Part shown: positions 24,897 through 33,517 of the stretch, piece by piece
Layout of the letters: every line of letters begins with the position of its first letter
Numbering within the stretch: the first letter of the stretch is position 1
Origin: an uncultured bacterium
GTDB taxonomy: Bacteria; Deinococcota; Deinococci; Deinococcales; Trueperaceae
Assembly: GCA_964411415.1 (NCBI GenBank)
Contig: CAYPKV010000002.1
Location: forward strand, 1 to 44,655
Direction of reading: 5' to 3'
DNA: 44,655 nucleotides
Notes under the pieces: generated by a model
Databases searched by the model: none
What the model was told of the DNA's origin: nothing
Seen by the model: only the letters and a program-made list of their open reading frames with translations
Made by a program: the position numbers and the translations under genes

Positions 24897-26420
24897 ATGT
24901 TCAAGAGCCGGATACGCCGTTTCATAGCCTCTTTCGCCGTCGTCGGCATGATCGGTGCTGCCGCCGCGCAGCAGGATCTGGTGATCGCTGTCGGAACCGA
25001 CGCGGTAACCCTTGACGTCCATGCCGTCACGGACACCCCGACCTTCAACGTCACCGGTCACATCTTCGAGACCCTGTTCGTCCTGACGCCCGAAGGTAAC
25101 GTGGCCCCGCACCTCGCGACGGGCTACGAGGTCAAAGACGAGGGCAGGACCGTCACTCTCACCCTCCGCGAAGACGTTACGTTCCACGACGGCACCCCGT
25201 TCAACGCAGAAGCGGTCAAAGCGAACATCGAACGCATCAAGAACCCGGAACTCGCCAACGCGTTCGCCACCCTGCTTGGCAACGTGCACGGCGTGACCGT
25301 CACCGGTGAGTACACCGTCGACCTGCACCTGCCCGAGCCGTTCGCCCCGCTTCTCCCGCACCTCACCCACGCTTCACAGGCGATGATGTCGCCCGCCAGC
25401 ATGGACGACCCCGAACTGGCCGGCAACCCCGTCGGTACCGGTCCGTTCCGGCTTGACACCTGGGCCCGTGGTGAACGCCTCCGCCTCGTCCGTAACGACG
25501 ATTACTGGCGTGAGCCGACCGCCCTGGACAGCGTCACGTTCCTGCCCATCGCTGAAGGCACCACCCGCGTCGCCATGATCGAGTCCGGCGCCGCCCACGT
25601 CGCCATCAACGTGCCGCCACAGGACGTCAACCGCGTCGACGCCATCGACGGCGTGACCGTCCACAAAGTCGACAGCATGCGGACCATCTACATCTTCTTC
25701 AACAACTACCGCGAACCGTTCACCGACGTCCGTGTCCGCCAGGCACTCAACCACGCAATCGACAAGCAGGCCATCGTCGACTTCGTCCTCGGCGGTGCCG
25801 GCCGCGTCTCCGACGCTGCGATCGCACCAGGCGTTTTCGGCTACACCTCGACCGGCACTTACGAGTACGACCCCGAACGTGCCCGTGAACTCCTCGCCGA
25901 GGCCGGCTTCCCGGATGGCCTGGAGATCACCCTCCACAGCCCCACCGGCCGCTACATGCAGGACATCCAGGTGGCCGAAGCCGTTCAGAGCTACCTTGCT
26001 GATGTCGGCGTGAAGGCTGAGATCATCACCATGGAATGGGCCGCTTACCTCGCTGACATCGGCCGCCCCGCCGAAGAAAGCGTTTCGCAGCTCGGCCTGA
26101 TGGGCTGGGGCGTCTCCACCGGTGACGCTGACCAGGGCCTCTTCAACGTTCTCCACGGCTCGCAGGTCGTGCCGTTCGGTTCCAACCGTTCACTGTGGGA
26201 CCACGCACCGTTCAACGAACTGCTTGACGCCGGCCGTGTCGAAACCGATGAAGAAGCACGTCGCGCCATCTACGCCGAAGCCCTCCAGGTCGCATTCGAT
26301 GAAGCTCCCTGGCTGTACCTGCACACTGAACGTCAGCTCGTCGCCATCGCCGACAACGTCGAAGGACTCAACGTGCTGCCGACCGAACGCATCGAAACGT
26401 ACGGGGTCACCATCCGCTGA
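24897..26420 (+). CDS. ABC transporter substrate-binding protein, family 5 (peptide/nickel/opine type), orphan
   Basis: GGAGGA precedes the ATG at 24897. The signal peptide is ...GAAAA|QQ. Family-5 features include 'LVIAVGTDAVTLDVH' and 'VGTGPFRLDTWARGERLRLVRNDDYW'. There are no permease or ATPase genes adjacent. Confidence 0.85.
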   Translation: MFKSRIRRFIASFAVVGMIGAAAAQQDLVIAVGTDAVTLDVHAVTDTPTFNVTGHIFETLFVLTPEGNVAPHLATGYEVKDEGRTVTLTLREDVTFHDGTPFNAEAVKANIERIKNPELANAFATLLGNVHGVTVTGEYTVDLHLPEPFAPLLPHLTHASQAMMSPASMDDPELAGNPVGTGPFRLDTWARGERLRLVRNDDYWREPTALDSVTFLPIAEGTTRVAMIESGAAHVAINVPPQDVNRVDAIDGVTVHKVDSMRTIYIFFNNYREPFTDVRVRQALNHAIDKQAIVDFVLGGAGRVSDAAIAPGVFGYTSTGTYEYDPERARELLAEAGFPDGLEITLHSPTGRYMQDIQVAEAVQSYLADVGVKAEIITMEWAAYLADIGRPAEESVSQLGLMGWGVSTGDADQGLFNVLHGSQVVPFGSNRSLWDHAPFNELLDAGRVETDEEARRAIYAEALQVAFDEAPWLYLHTERQLVAIADNVEGLNVLPTERIETYGVTIR

Positions 26421-26450
26421 CGCCGGACTGATTCAGCAACCTCCGAAACG

Positions 26451-26492
26451 GGTCGGGGGCGGGAACCTTACAGAAAGGCTCCCGCCCCGACC
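26451..26492. terminator. Bidirectional hairpin between convergent genes (GGTCGGGGGCGGGA...TCCCGCCCCGACC)
   Basis: The stem is 13 bp with one bulged G, and the loop is 15 nt. Confidence 0.55.
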
Positions 26493-26516
26493 AGTCTCTG
26501 AGCGCCGTCTGGCCGC

Positions 26517-27788
26517 TCAGCCGCCGTACCGACCGTCCAGTTCCACATTGACGACCGACAGCCAGTAGGCGATGCCGAAGGGCAGCGCCCGGTCGTTGAA
26601 GTCGTAGTAAGGCGTGTGCAGCTGTCCACCGCCATCACCGTCATGACTGTCGTTGCCGAGCCATATGAAGTTGCCCGGCCGCTTCTGCAGCATGAACGAG
26701 AAGTCCTCACCCGCCGTCGTGGCCGCGATCGCCGGATCAACGGATCCACTGCCAACCACCTGGGCCGCCGCTTCCAGCGCGCTGCGGGTCGCGGCCTCAT
26801 CGGTAACGACCGGAACCGAACCCCACCAGCTGTCTGACTCGCTGCTGGCCCCGTACATGTCGGCACTCATCCGGGCCGTCTCGGCGATGCGCTCAGTGAT
26901 CAACTTCTGAATATCATCACTGAACGCTCGCATGGTGCCACCCAGGTGCAGTTCAGATGGCAGCACGTTCAGCGATTCAGCTGAGCCGCCCTGGATGTGA
27001 CCGATGCTGATGATCGCCGGGTCGAAGGCAGATACGTTGCGCGCTACGACCGCCTGCAGCGCATTAATGAAGGTTGCAGCGACGACGCTCAGGTCCTGCG
27101 TCAGGTGAGGTCCGGCACCGCCGTGGCCGCCGTCACCCCTGAACACGGTCGTCCAGCGTCCGGCAGCCGCCATCATCGCGCCTGTCATCGTGCCGAACTC
27201 ACCCACTGGCAGGTGCGGGGCAGAGTGCATGCCGTATATGCGGTCGCATGGGAACTTCTCGAAGAGCCCCTCCGCGAGCATCTTCAGGGCTCCGCCGCGG
27301 CCTTCTTCCGCCGGCTGGAAGATCAGATGCACCGTGCCCGCGAAGTCAGGGTCCGCCGCCAGCAACCGGGCTGCAGCGAGCAGCATCGAGGTGTGACCGT
27401 CATGCCCGCACGCGTGCATCCTGCCGGGGTACCGCGAAACATGGCCGAAGCTGTTCAGTTCATTGATCGCCAGGGCGTCCATGTCAGCCCGCAGGCCGAT
27501 GCTGCGATCACCGGTCCGCCTGCCGCGGATCGTGGCTACCAGGCCGGTACCGGCCATCCTGGTCACGTCACTGATGCCCCAGCTGGCCAGCTTCTCTGCC
27601 ACAACAGCGGAAGTACGTTCTTCCTCGTTGCCCAGTTCCGGATGCATGTGAAGGTCATGGCGGATGGCGATGATCTCGTCCAGGTCCCGGCTGGCGAGCT
27701 GCAGAAGTCCTGAAGGCTCAGTCAAATCGACCACTCTCTTTCTGTCCGTACGGAAGCAGCGCCCGTCACAGGTGACTGTAAGCAGCAT
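26517..27788 (-). CDS. M20D-family amidohydrolase (N-acyl-L-amino-acid or hippurate hydrolase-like)
   Basis: The sequence contains 'IAIRHDLHMHPELGNEE', 'MHACGHDGH' and 'FQPAEEG'. The true start may be the GTG at 27734. Confidence 0.85.
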   Translation of the reverse strand: MLLTVTCDGRCFRTDRKRVVDLTEPSGLLQLASRDLDEIIAIRHDLHMHPELGNEEERTSAVVAEKLASWGISDVTRMAGTGLVATIRGRRTGDRSIGLRADMDALAINELNSFGHVSRYPGRMHACGHDGHTSMLLAAARLLAADPDFAGTVHLIFQPAEEGRGGALKMLAEGLFEKFPCDRIYGMHSAPHLPVGEFGTMTGAMMAAAGRWTTVFRGDGGHGGAGPHLTQDLSVVAATFINALQAVVARNVSAFDPAIISIGHIQGGSAESLNVLPSELHLGGTMRAFSDDIQKLITERIAETARMSADMYGASSESDSWWGSVPVVTDEAATRSALEAAAQVVGSGSVDPAIAATTAGEDFSFMLQKRPGNFIWLGNDSHDGDGGGQLHTPYYDFNDRALPFGIAYWLSVVNVELDGRYGG

Positions 27789-27832
27789 TTTACCCGAGCC
27801 GTGACTGCCGGCCCATCTGCGACAATGCGGGC

Positions 27833-28510
27833 ATGCAGCAACGGATCTTCATCGTTGAGGACGAACCGAAGCTGGCGCAGCTGATGGCCGCCCACCTGCA
27901 GCGTTACGGATTTGAGACGGTAATCGCCGAGCGGCTGCATGACCTGCGCCAGGAGTTCCTGGACTCCGCTGTCCAGCTTGTGCTGCTTGACGTCAACCTG
28001 CCGCACTACGACGGTTTCTACTGGTGCCGGCAGATCCGTACGGTTTCGACCGTGCCGATCATCTTCGTGACTGCCCGCGGAGCAGACATGGACCAGGTGC
28101 TGGCCGTCGAGCATGGTGCAGATGACTACCTGGTGAAACCGTTCAGCCTGGACGTGCTGACAGCCAGGATCCGGGCGCAGCTGCGGCGCGCCTATGGCGA
28201 GTACAGCACGGAAGCAGCTCCAGAGCACGGGCTCAGGCTCGATCCGCTCAGGTTGCAGGTCAGTTGGGCCGGCAGCACCGTCAGCCTGACGCGCAACGAG
28301 GCGCTGCTGCTGGAGGCGCTCAGTGCCGCCGCAGGCCGGGTCGTGAGCCGGCAGCGGCTGCTGGCGCTGCTCTGGGACGAGAGCGAGTTCGTCGATGACA
28401 ACACGCTCACCGTCAACGTCACCCGACTGCGCAGGCGCCTGGCCAGCCTTGGCCTGGCCGGCGCCATCGACACGGTCCGTGGAGAAGGCTACAGGCTGGA
28501 CCTGCCATGA
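27833..28510 (+). CDS. OmpR-family response regulator (BceR-like)
   Basis: The sequence begins MQQRIFIVEDE. The acceptor Asp is in 'LVLLDVNLP'. The winged-helix C-terminus reads 'TVRGEGYRL'. GACAAT ends 6 nt upstream of the ATG and there is no SD, so the transcript may be leaderless. Confidence 0.9.
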   Translation: MQQRIFIVEDEPKLAQLMAAHLQRYGFETVIAERLHDLRQEFLDSAVQLVLLDVNLPHYDGFYWCRQIRTVSTVPIIFVTARGADMDQVLAVEHGADDYLVKPFSLDVLTARIRAQLRRAYGEYSTEAAPEHGLRLDPLRLQVSWAGSTVSLTRNEALLLEALSAAAGRVVSRQRLLALLWDESEFVDDNTLTVNVTRLRRRLASLGLAGAIDTVRGEGYRLDLP

Positions 28511-29526
28511 GAGGGGTCGACTACGTCCTGGACAGGCTGCCTCTCCTGCTGGCATTCGGGGCTGCGCTGGGCTTCCTGCTCCTCATCGTCCACCTGGCGA
28601 TCGCACCGCTGAACCTCGCAGATGTCGCCTACCTGCTGCTCCTGACGCTCTTCGCCACGTCCGTCATACTGACGATCGACTACCTGAGGCAGCGGAACTT
28701 CAGGCGTCAGGTCAGGGAGCGCATCGGTGAACCTTCAGCCGCGCCGCTTCAGCAGCCAGCCTCACGTGAACAGCGGGCGACGGTGGAACTGCTGGCCCGC
28801 ACCATCGCCAGTGTTTCCGAGGAAGTGGCGCTGCTGCGGGAGCAGGCAGACCAGCACCGCAGTTTCGTGGACCTGTGGGTTCACAACATGAAGACGCCTG
28901 TCTCGGTCATCCAGTTGACAGCCCAGCAGAACGGGGGCCCCGGCTGGGACAGCATCACCGAGGAAGCCGAGCGGCTGGCACGCGGGCTGGACACGATGCT
29001 GGCCACATCCCGGCTGGAGCGCTTCGATCTCGACCTGCAGGTGCGCAGCACCGAACTGCTGCCACTCGTCCGTGAGAGCGTGAACGAACTGAAGAGCAGC
29101 TGGCTCCTGGCGGGAATCTACCCGGTGGTGATCGGCACGGCGTCCTCAGCCGAGACCGACCCGAAATGGTTGAAAGTCGTGCTCAGGCAGCTGCTCGTCA
29201 ACGCACTGAAGTACTCCGCGGGCGCCTCGAAGGTCACCGTGACGGTCTCGGACGATTCGATCAGCGTAAGTGACGAGGGCCAGGGAATACCTGCCGGGGA
29301 GCTGCCACGCGTGTTCGACCGGTTCTACACGGGTGGCAGGGACCGAGCCAGGTCGGCCTCGACCGGGATGGGCCTGTACCTGGCAGCCCAGGTTTGTGGG
29401 CGCCTGGGCCACAGCCTGCGGATCGACTCTGAAGTGGACCAGGGCACGACAGTCACCATCGGATTCAATCCGGCGGGCCTGCACCGCCTGGGTGACAGCA
29501 CTGTAAGGTTCACAGCGGGAAAGTGA
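28507..29526 (+). CDS. Intramembrane-sensing histidine kinase (BceS-like)
   Basis: There is an ATGA overlap with the regulator gene. Two TM helices are joined by a roughly 7-aa loop (APLNLAD). The H-box is 'HNMKTPVSVI', the N-box is 'LLVNALKYS', and the G-boxes are 'DEGQGIP' and 'GMGLYL'. Confidence 0.85.
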   Translation: MRGVDYVLDRLPLLLAFGAALGFLLLIVHLAIAPLNLADVAYLLLLTLFATSVILTIDYLRQRNFRRQVRERIGEPSAAPLQQPASREQRATVELLARTIASVSEEVALLREQADQHRSFVDLWVHNMKTPVSVIQLTAQQNGGPGWDSITEEAERLARGLDTMLATSRLERFDLDLQVRSTELLPLVRESVNELKSSWLLAGIYPVVIGTASSAETDPKWLKVVLRQLLVNALKYSAGASKVTVTVSDDSISVSDEGQGIPAGELPRVFDRFYTGGRDRARSASTGMGLYLAAQVCGRLGHSLRIDSEVDQGTTVTIGFNPAGLHRLGDSTVRFTAGK

Positions 29527-29569
29527 CGGCAGCCCGCATTTACGGTGGTCGCTGACAGGAGGTGTGCTC

Positions 29570-30370
29570 ATGCACACGGCAGTACATGATCCCAACAACA
29601 GCCAGTCGATCCTCAGTGCCCGCAACCTGACCCGCATCTACGGTGACAGGCGAGGCGGGCTCAGCCACACCGCACTCGATTCGATCGACCTGAGCGTAAT
29701 GCCCGGGGAGTTCCTGGGAGTTATGGGGCCCTCCGGCAGTGGCAAGTCGACCCTGCTCAACCTGCTGGCAACCATCGACCGGCCCACCTCAGGCAGCGTC
29801 ACCATCGCTGGAATCGATCCGGCCGGGATGGGACCCGACCAGCTGGCACTGTTCAGGCGCCGCAAACTCGGCTTCGTGTTCCAGGACTTCAACCTGCTCG
29901 ACACCCTGTCGCTCAAGGAGAACATCCTCCTGCCCCTCGTGCTCGACCGGATGCCGGCCCGCGAGATGATGCAGCGCCTGGAGCGCATCAGCGGCATCCT
30001 CGGCATCGGCGCTATCCTGGACCGCAAACCGTTCCAGGTGTCCGGTGGCCAGCAACAGCGTGCCGCCATCGCCCGCGCCATGATCCACGAGCCGGAGCTG
30101 CTGCTGGCCGATGAACTGACCGGCAACCTCGACTCGAAGGCCGGGCAGGACGTCATGGACGCCCTTGATCAACTGAACCGCGAGTTCGGAGTCACGGTCG
30201 TCATCGTCACCCACGATCCCTTCGCCGCCAGTTACTGCAAGCGGGTGCTGTTCATACGTGATGGCCGTACCCACAGCGAGCTGCGGGCCGGGGAGAAGCG
30301 CCAGGTGTTCTTCCAGCAGATCCTGGACAGCCTCAGTGTGCTTGGAGCGGGTAACGATGACGTTCGCTGA
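29570..30370 (+). CDS. ABC transporter ATP-binding protein (BceA/MacB-type)
   Basis: AGGAGG lies 7 nt upstream of the ATG at 29570. Walker A is 'GPSGSGKST', the signature is 'VSGGQQQR' and Walker B is 'LLLADELTG'. Confidence 0.9.
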   Translation: MHTAVHDPNNSQSILSARNLTRIYGDRRGGLSHTALDSIDLSVMPGEFLGVMGPSGSGKSTLLNLLATIDRPTSGSVTIAGIDPAGMGPDQLALFRRRKLGFVFQDFNLLDTLSLKENILLPLVLDRMPAREMMQRLERISGILGIGAILDRKPFQVSGGQQQRAAIARAMIHEPELLLADELTGNLDSKAGQDVMDALDQLNREFGVTVVIVTHDPFAASYCKRVLFIRDGRTHSELRAGEKRQVFFQQILDSLSVLGAGNDDVR

Positions 30371-32192
30371 CCTGGCACTGAGCAACCTGCGCGGCAGCTG
30401 GCTGCGCTACGCCGCGTTCTTCCTGAGCAGCACCTTCAGCGTCCTGCTGTTCTTCATGTACGCACAGTTCCTGTTCCACCCGCAACTGGCCGAAGGTTAC
30501 CTGTACGGTGGCGAAACCACCAGGGCAGTCCTGGCGACCTGCCTGGTGCTGATCGGGGTGTTCGCCTTCTTCTTCGTCAGTTACTCGAGCGGCGCCTTCC
30601 TGCGGGCCAGGAGCCAGGAGTTCGGCATGCTGAGTCTGCTCGGAACCACCCGCAGCCAGATCAGGAAACTCGTCTGGCTCGAGAACACTGTTCTGTCCAC
30701 CCTGGCGATCATCAGCGGCATCCTCCTCGGCCTGCTGTTCAACAGACTGTTCTTCTTAGGCCTCTCCCGCGTACTCCTGATGGACGAGGTGCTGAGCGTC
30801 CAGCTAGTGCCGACGGCACTGCTGGTGACCGTCGGTGGTTTCCTGCTGCTGTTCCAGCTGATCAGCATGTTCAGCTCCCTGCTGATCGGTCGGCGCAGCG
30901 TACTTGAACTGCTGCAGGACGCCAGGAAACCCCGGGCTGAAGCCCGCGTGAGGCCCCTGGTGGCGCTGACCGGAACCGTTCTGCTGCTCAGCGGCTACGT
31001 CACGGCCCTCCTCGTCCAGGGCGTCGGACCCGTGGCCACGGCTTTCCTGCCCGTCACCCTGGCTGTGGTGGTCGGCACCTACCTGGTGTTCTCTGAAGCC
31101 ACCGTCTGGCTGCTGAACCGCATCAGGGCAAGCCCCCGTTACATGCGGGGCACGACGATGCTCACCGTCTCGCAGCTGGTTTTCAGGCTCAAGGACAACG
31201 CCCGGCTGCTGGCTACCATCACGAACCTCAGTGCCGTGGTTCTTACGGCGGCCGGAACGTTCTACATCTTCTCCCAGAACCTGTTGGCCGGCAACTTCCC
31301 GACTGCCCTCACCATCCATGAAGACGCGGGCATCCCGCAGGCCCAGGTCCTGCTCCTGGCAAGTGAGAACAACGTGACGGTCACCGCCTACGGAACCGCT
31401 ACCGTCAAGCTGTACGGCGACGCCTACTACCTGCCTGAATCGCAGGCGGCGATCCTGCTGGCGAACCCGGGAATTCAGGCCGCCCAGGGACGGCAGGTCC
31501 AGCTGCCCGTCGCTTCACAGGAAGTGACGGCACGCCAGTTCGACGTGGAACTGTCGATGCTGCCCAGCCCGGGACTCGAATGGTACAGCCTGGCCGATGA
31601 CGACTGGGAGCAGCTGCCCGAGGCTGCCTACAGCGTTGACTACTACGACTGGGCGGACGACAGCGCCGGGGCAGCCGTGAGCTTCACCCTGCGTGAGCAG
31701 CTGGGCGAGGACAACTGGTTCATCCATACGGCTGACCGGGCGAGCATGTCCCGCACCCTCAGGCAACTGCTGTCACTGTCGATGTTCGCCGGACTGTTCG
31801 TCTCGCTCCTCTTCTTCATCGGATCGGGCAGCCTCATCTACTTCAAGCTGTTCACTGAGTTGCCCGAGGACCGCAAGACCTTCCGGAAGCTGGAACGCCT
31901 CGGCATCACCAGCCAGGAAGCCCGCCGTTACATATCCGGCCAGATCGCCGTGATGTTCCTGCTGCCCCTCGCGGCTGGTTCGATCCACGCGGTGATCGCA
32001 CTCGATGCCCTCGGCGGCATGTTCGGCATCGCGGTACTCGGCTACAGCCTGCTGGTGGTGGCACTGTTCGCCGTCATCCAGTTCGGTTTCTACCTGCTCA
32101 CCCGCTGGACCTACCTGCGGGCGCTCTTGCCGAACCAGGGGCCGGCGCCTGACAGGAACTGGATCGGCGAGGTCGTCGCCGAGCTCGTCTGA
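30357..32192 (+). CDS. FtsX-domain ABC permease, BceB-like (about 10 TM helices with a large extracellular loop)
   Basis: The ATG at 30357 overlaps the ATPase gene by 14 nt. The sequence begins '[18 protein letters not shown]'. There are two FtsX-type 4-TM bundles, and a roughly 200-aa hydrophilic domain lies between them. Confidence 0.85.
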   Translation: MTFADLALSNLRGSWLRYAAFFLSSTFSVLLFFMYAQFLFHPQLAEGYLYGGETTRAVLATCLVLIGVFAFFFVSYSSGAFLRARSQEFGMLSLLGTTRSQIRKLVWLENTVLSTLAIISGILLGLLFNRLFFLGLSRVLLMDEVLSVQLVPTALLVTVGGFLLLFQLISMFSSLLIGRRSVLELLQDARKPRAEARVRPLVALTGTVLLLSGYVTALLVQGVGPVATAFLPVTLAVVVGTYLVFSEATVWLLNRIRASPRYMRGTTMLTVSQLVFRLKDNARLLATITNLSAVVLTAAGTFYIFSQNLLAGNFPTALTIHEDAGIPQAQVLLLASENNVTVTAYGTATVKLYGDAYYLPESQAAILLANPGIQAAQGRQVQLPVASQEVTARQFDVELSMLPSPGLEWYSLADDDWEQLPEAAYSVDYYDWADDSAGAAVSFTLREQLGEDNWFIHTADRASMSRTLRQLLSLSMFAGLFVSLLFFIGSGSLIYFKLFTELPEDRKTFRKLERLGITSQEARRYISGQIAVMFLLPLAAGSIHAVIALDALGGMFGIAVLGYSLLVVALFAVIQFGFYLLTRWTYLRALLPNQGPAPDRNWIGEVVAELV

Positions 32193-32220
32193 CCACCAGC
32201 CGGAAGCGGCCGCTGGCAGT

Positions 32221-32721
32221 TCAGTCCGCTTGTGGACGTGCCAGCGGCCGGCCGGCTTCCTGTGCCAGGTAACGGGAATAGGGCAGGTACATCTCGAGGA
32301 TCACCCGGGCACTGTTGCTGAGGTCGAGTTCAGCGAGCGCCTGACCGGCTCTGAAGTAGCCCATTCCCTGGCCTTCACCCAACACGAGTTCAGCCAGTCG
32401 GGCGTCCGTGTACGCCAGGAAGATGTAGAACCTCGAGTAGGCGCCCTCCAGCAGGGCGAAGGGCGTCAAGGCGGAGGGTGTCAGACGCAGCTCTTCGTGC
32501 AGCTCCCTGACCAGCGCGGCGCGGGGGCTCTCACCGTCTTCGAGGTGCCCGCCGAACAGTGCCCATTTGCCCGGTGCAGCGATACCGGGCTTGTCATCCC
32601 GGTGATGCAGCAGCACGCCGTGCTGTTCGTGTACAAGCAGGGCGCCGGCGACCTGAGCCCTGCCGTCGGCTGTACTGCTGCATGGCGCCGTTACGAAGTC
32701 TGAAGCTGAGTTGTCCGACAT
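32221..32721 (-). CDS. NUDIX hydrolase
   Basis: The Nudix box is 'GGHLEDGESPRAALVRELHEELRL'. The ATG at 32721 lies downstream of GGGGTGA. Confidence 0.85.
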   Translation of the reverse strand: MSDNSASDFVTAPCSSTADGRAQVAGALLVHEQHGVLLHHRDDKPGIAAPGKWALFGGHLEDGESPRAALVRELHEELRLTPSALTPFALLEGAYSRFYIFLAYTDARLAELVLGEGQGMGYFRAGQALAELDLSNSARVILEMYLPYSRYLAQEAGRPLARPQAD

Positions 32722-32765
32722 GACTTTGATTATCACCCCTGAAACACATCAGATAAACTGAAACC

Positions 32766-33431
32766 ATGTCCAGGGTTCTGTTCGTGATGAACTCACTGGC
32801 AGTCCTGATCATGCTCGCGGTCGGATTGTGGGGCGCCAGCATCTACGGGCAGCTGCCCCAGCAACTGCCGACTCACTGGAACGCTGCCGGCGAGGCTGAT
32901 GCGTTCGGAGCCAAATCCGTATGGACTGTGTTCGGTGCGCTGTTCATCGGCGCAGCCAGCTGCCTCCTGCTCATCGGACTGCAGCTGGGTCTGAACCGGC
33001 GAAAGAACACAACCCCTGCAGAGAAACGCGTCATCGGTCTCAGCCTCAGCTACCTGAGTCTGGCCATGGCCGTGCTGTTCGGCTGGATCGCCCTGCTCAG
33101 CTGGTACGGACTGCAGCCAGGGCCTGCGTTCATCGTCTTCACGGTGCTGCTCGTCGTGCCGGTACTGATAATCATCGCCGTGAACATGCCACGCCTGAGA
33201 GAAGAACGGGCGGCTGTCACACCACAGGCCGAACCGGCCCTGAACCCGAAGTACTGGGTACTGGGCGGCATGTTCTACAACAACCCGGATGACAGACGGG
33301 TCATCGTGCCGCGGCCCCCTCACATGGGCGTCGGCGGCACCTTCAACCTGGCCACTGCCGGCGGCAAACTGTTCATAGCCTTGATCAGCGCCGTCCTGAT
33401 CGCCAGCTTCTTCCTGCCTTTCCTGCTCTGA
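32766..33431 (+). CDS. Membrane protein with DUF1648-like (SdpI-type) N-terminus and DUF5808-like C-terminus
   Basis: The sequence contains 'LPTHWNAAGEADAFGAKS' and 4 TM helices. The C-terminal part reads 'FYNNPDDRRVIVPRPPHMGVGGTFNL'. Confidence 0.6.
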   Translation: MSRVLFVMNSLAVLIMLAVGLWGASIYGQLPQQLPTHWNAAGEADAFGAKSVWTVFGALFIGAASCLLLIGLQLGLNRRKNTTPAEKRVIGLSLSYLSLAMAVLFGWIALLSWYGLQPGPAFIVFTVLLVVPVLIIIAVNMPRLREERAAVTPQAEPALNPKYWVLGGMFYNNPDDRRVIVPRPPHMGVGGTFNLATAGGKLFIALISAVLIASFFLPFLL

Positions 33432-33517
33432 CTCAGCTGGTACCCCGCTCCACTATCTGTACTAAACTGCGCCAACCACCTGGCACCTACCGGTGGGGCA
33501 ACGGAAGAGGAGTGACC

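Noticed and set aside
24785-25054. 89-aa minus-strand ORF next to the copA promoter, considered as a possible csoR/copZ-type gene
   Set aside because: It has no CsoR (C-H-C) or CopZ (MxCxxC) pattern. It overlaps the well-supported start and signal peptide of the family-5 binding protein gene, and it has no SD.
27722-28555. 277-aa minus-strand ORF
   Set aside because: It lies antisense to the OmpR-type response regulator, which has canonical receiver and winged-helix motifs. It is a shadow ORF.
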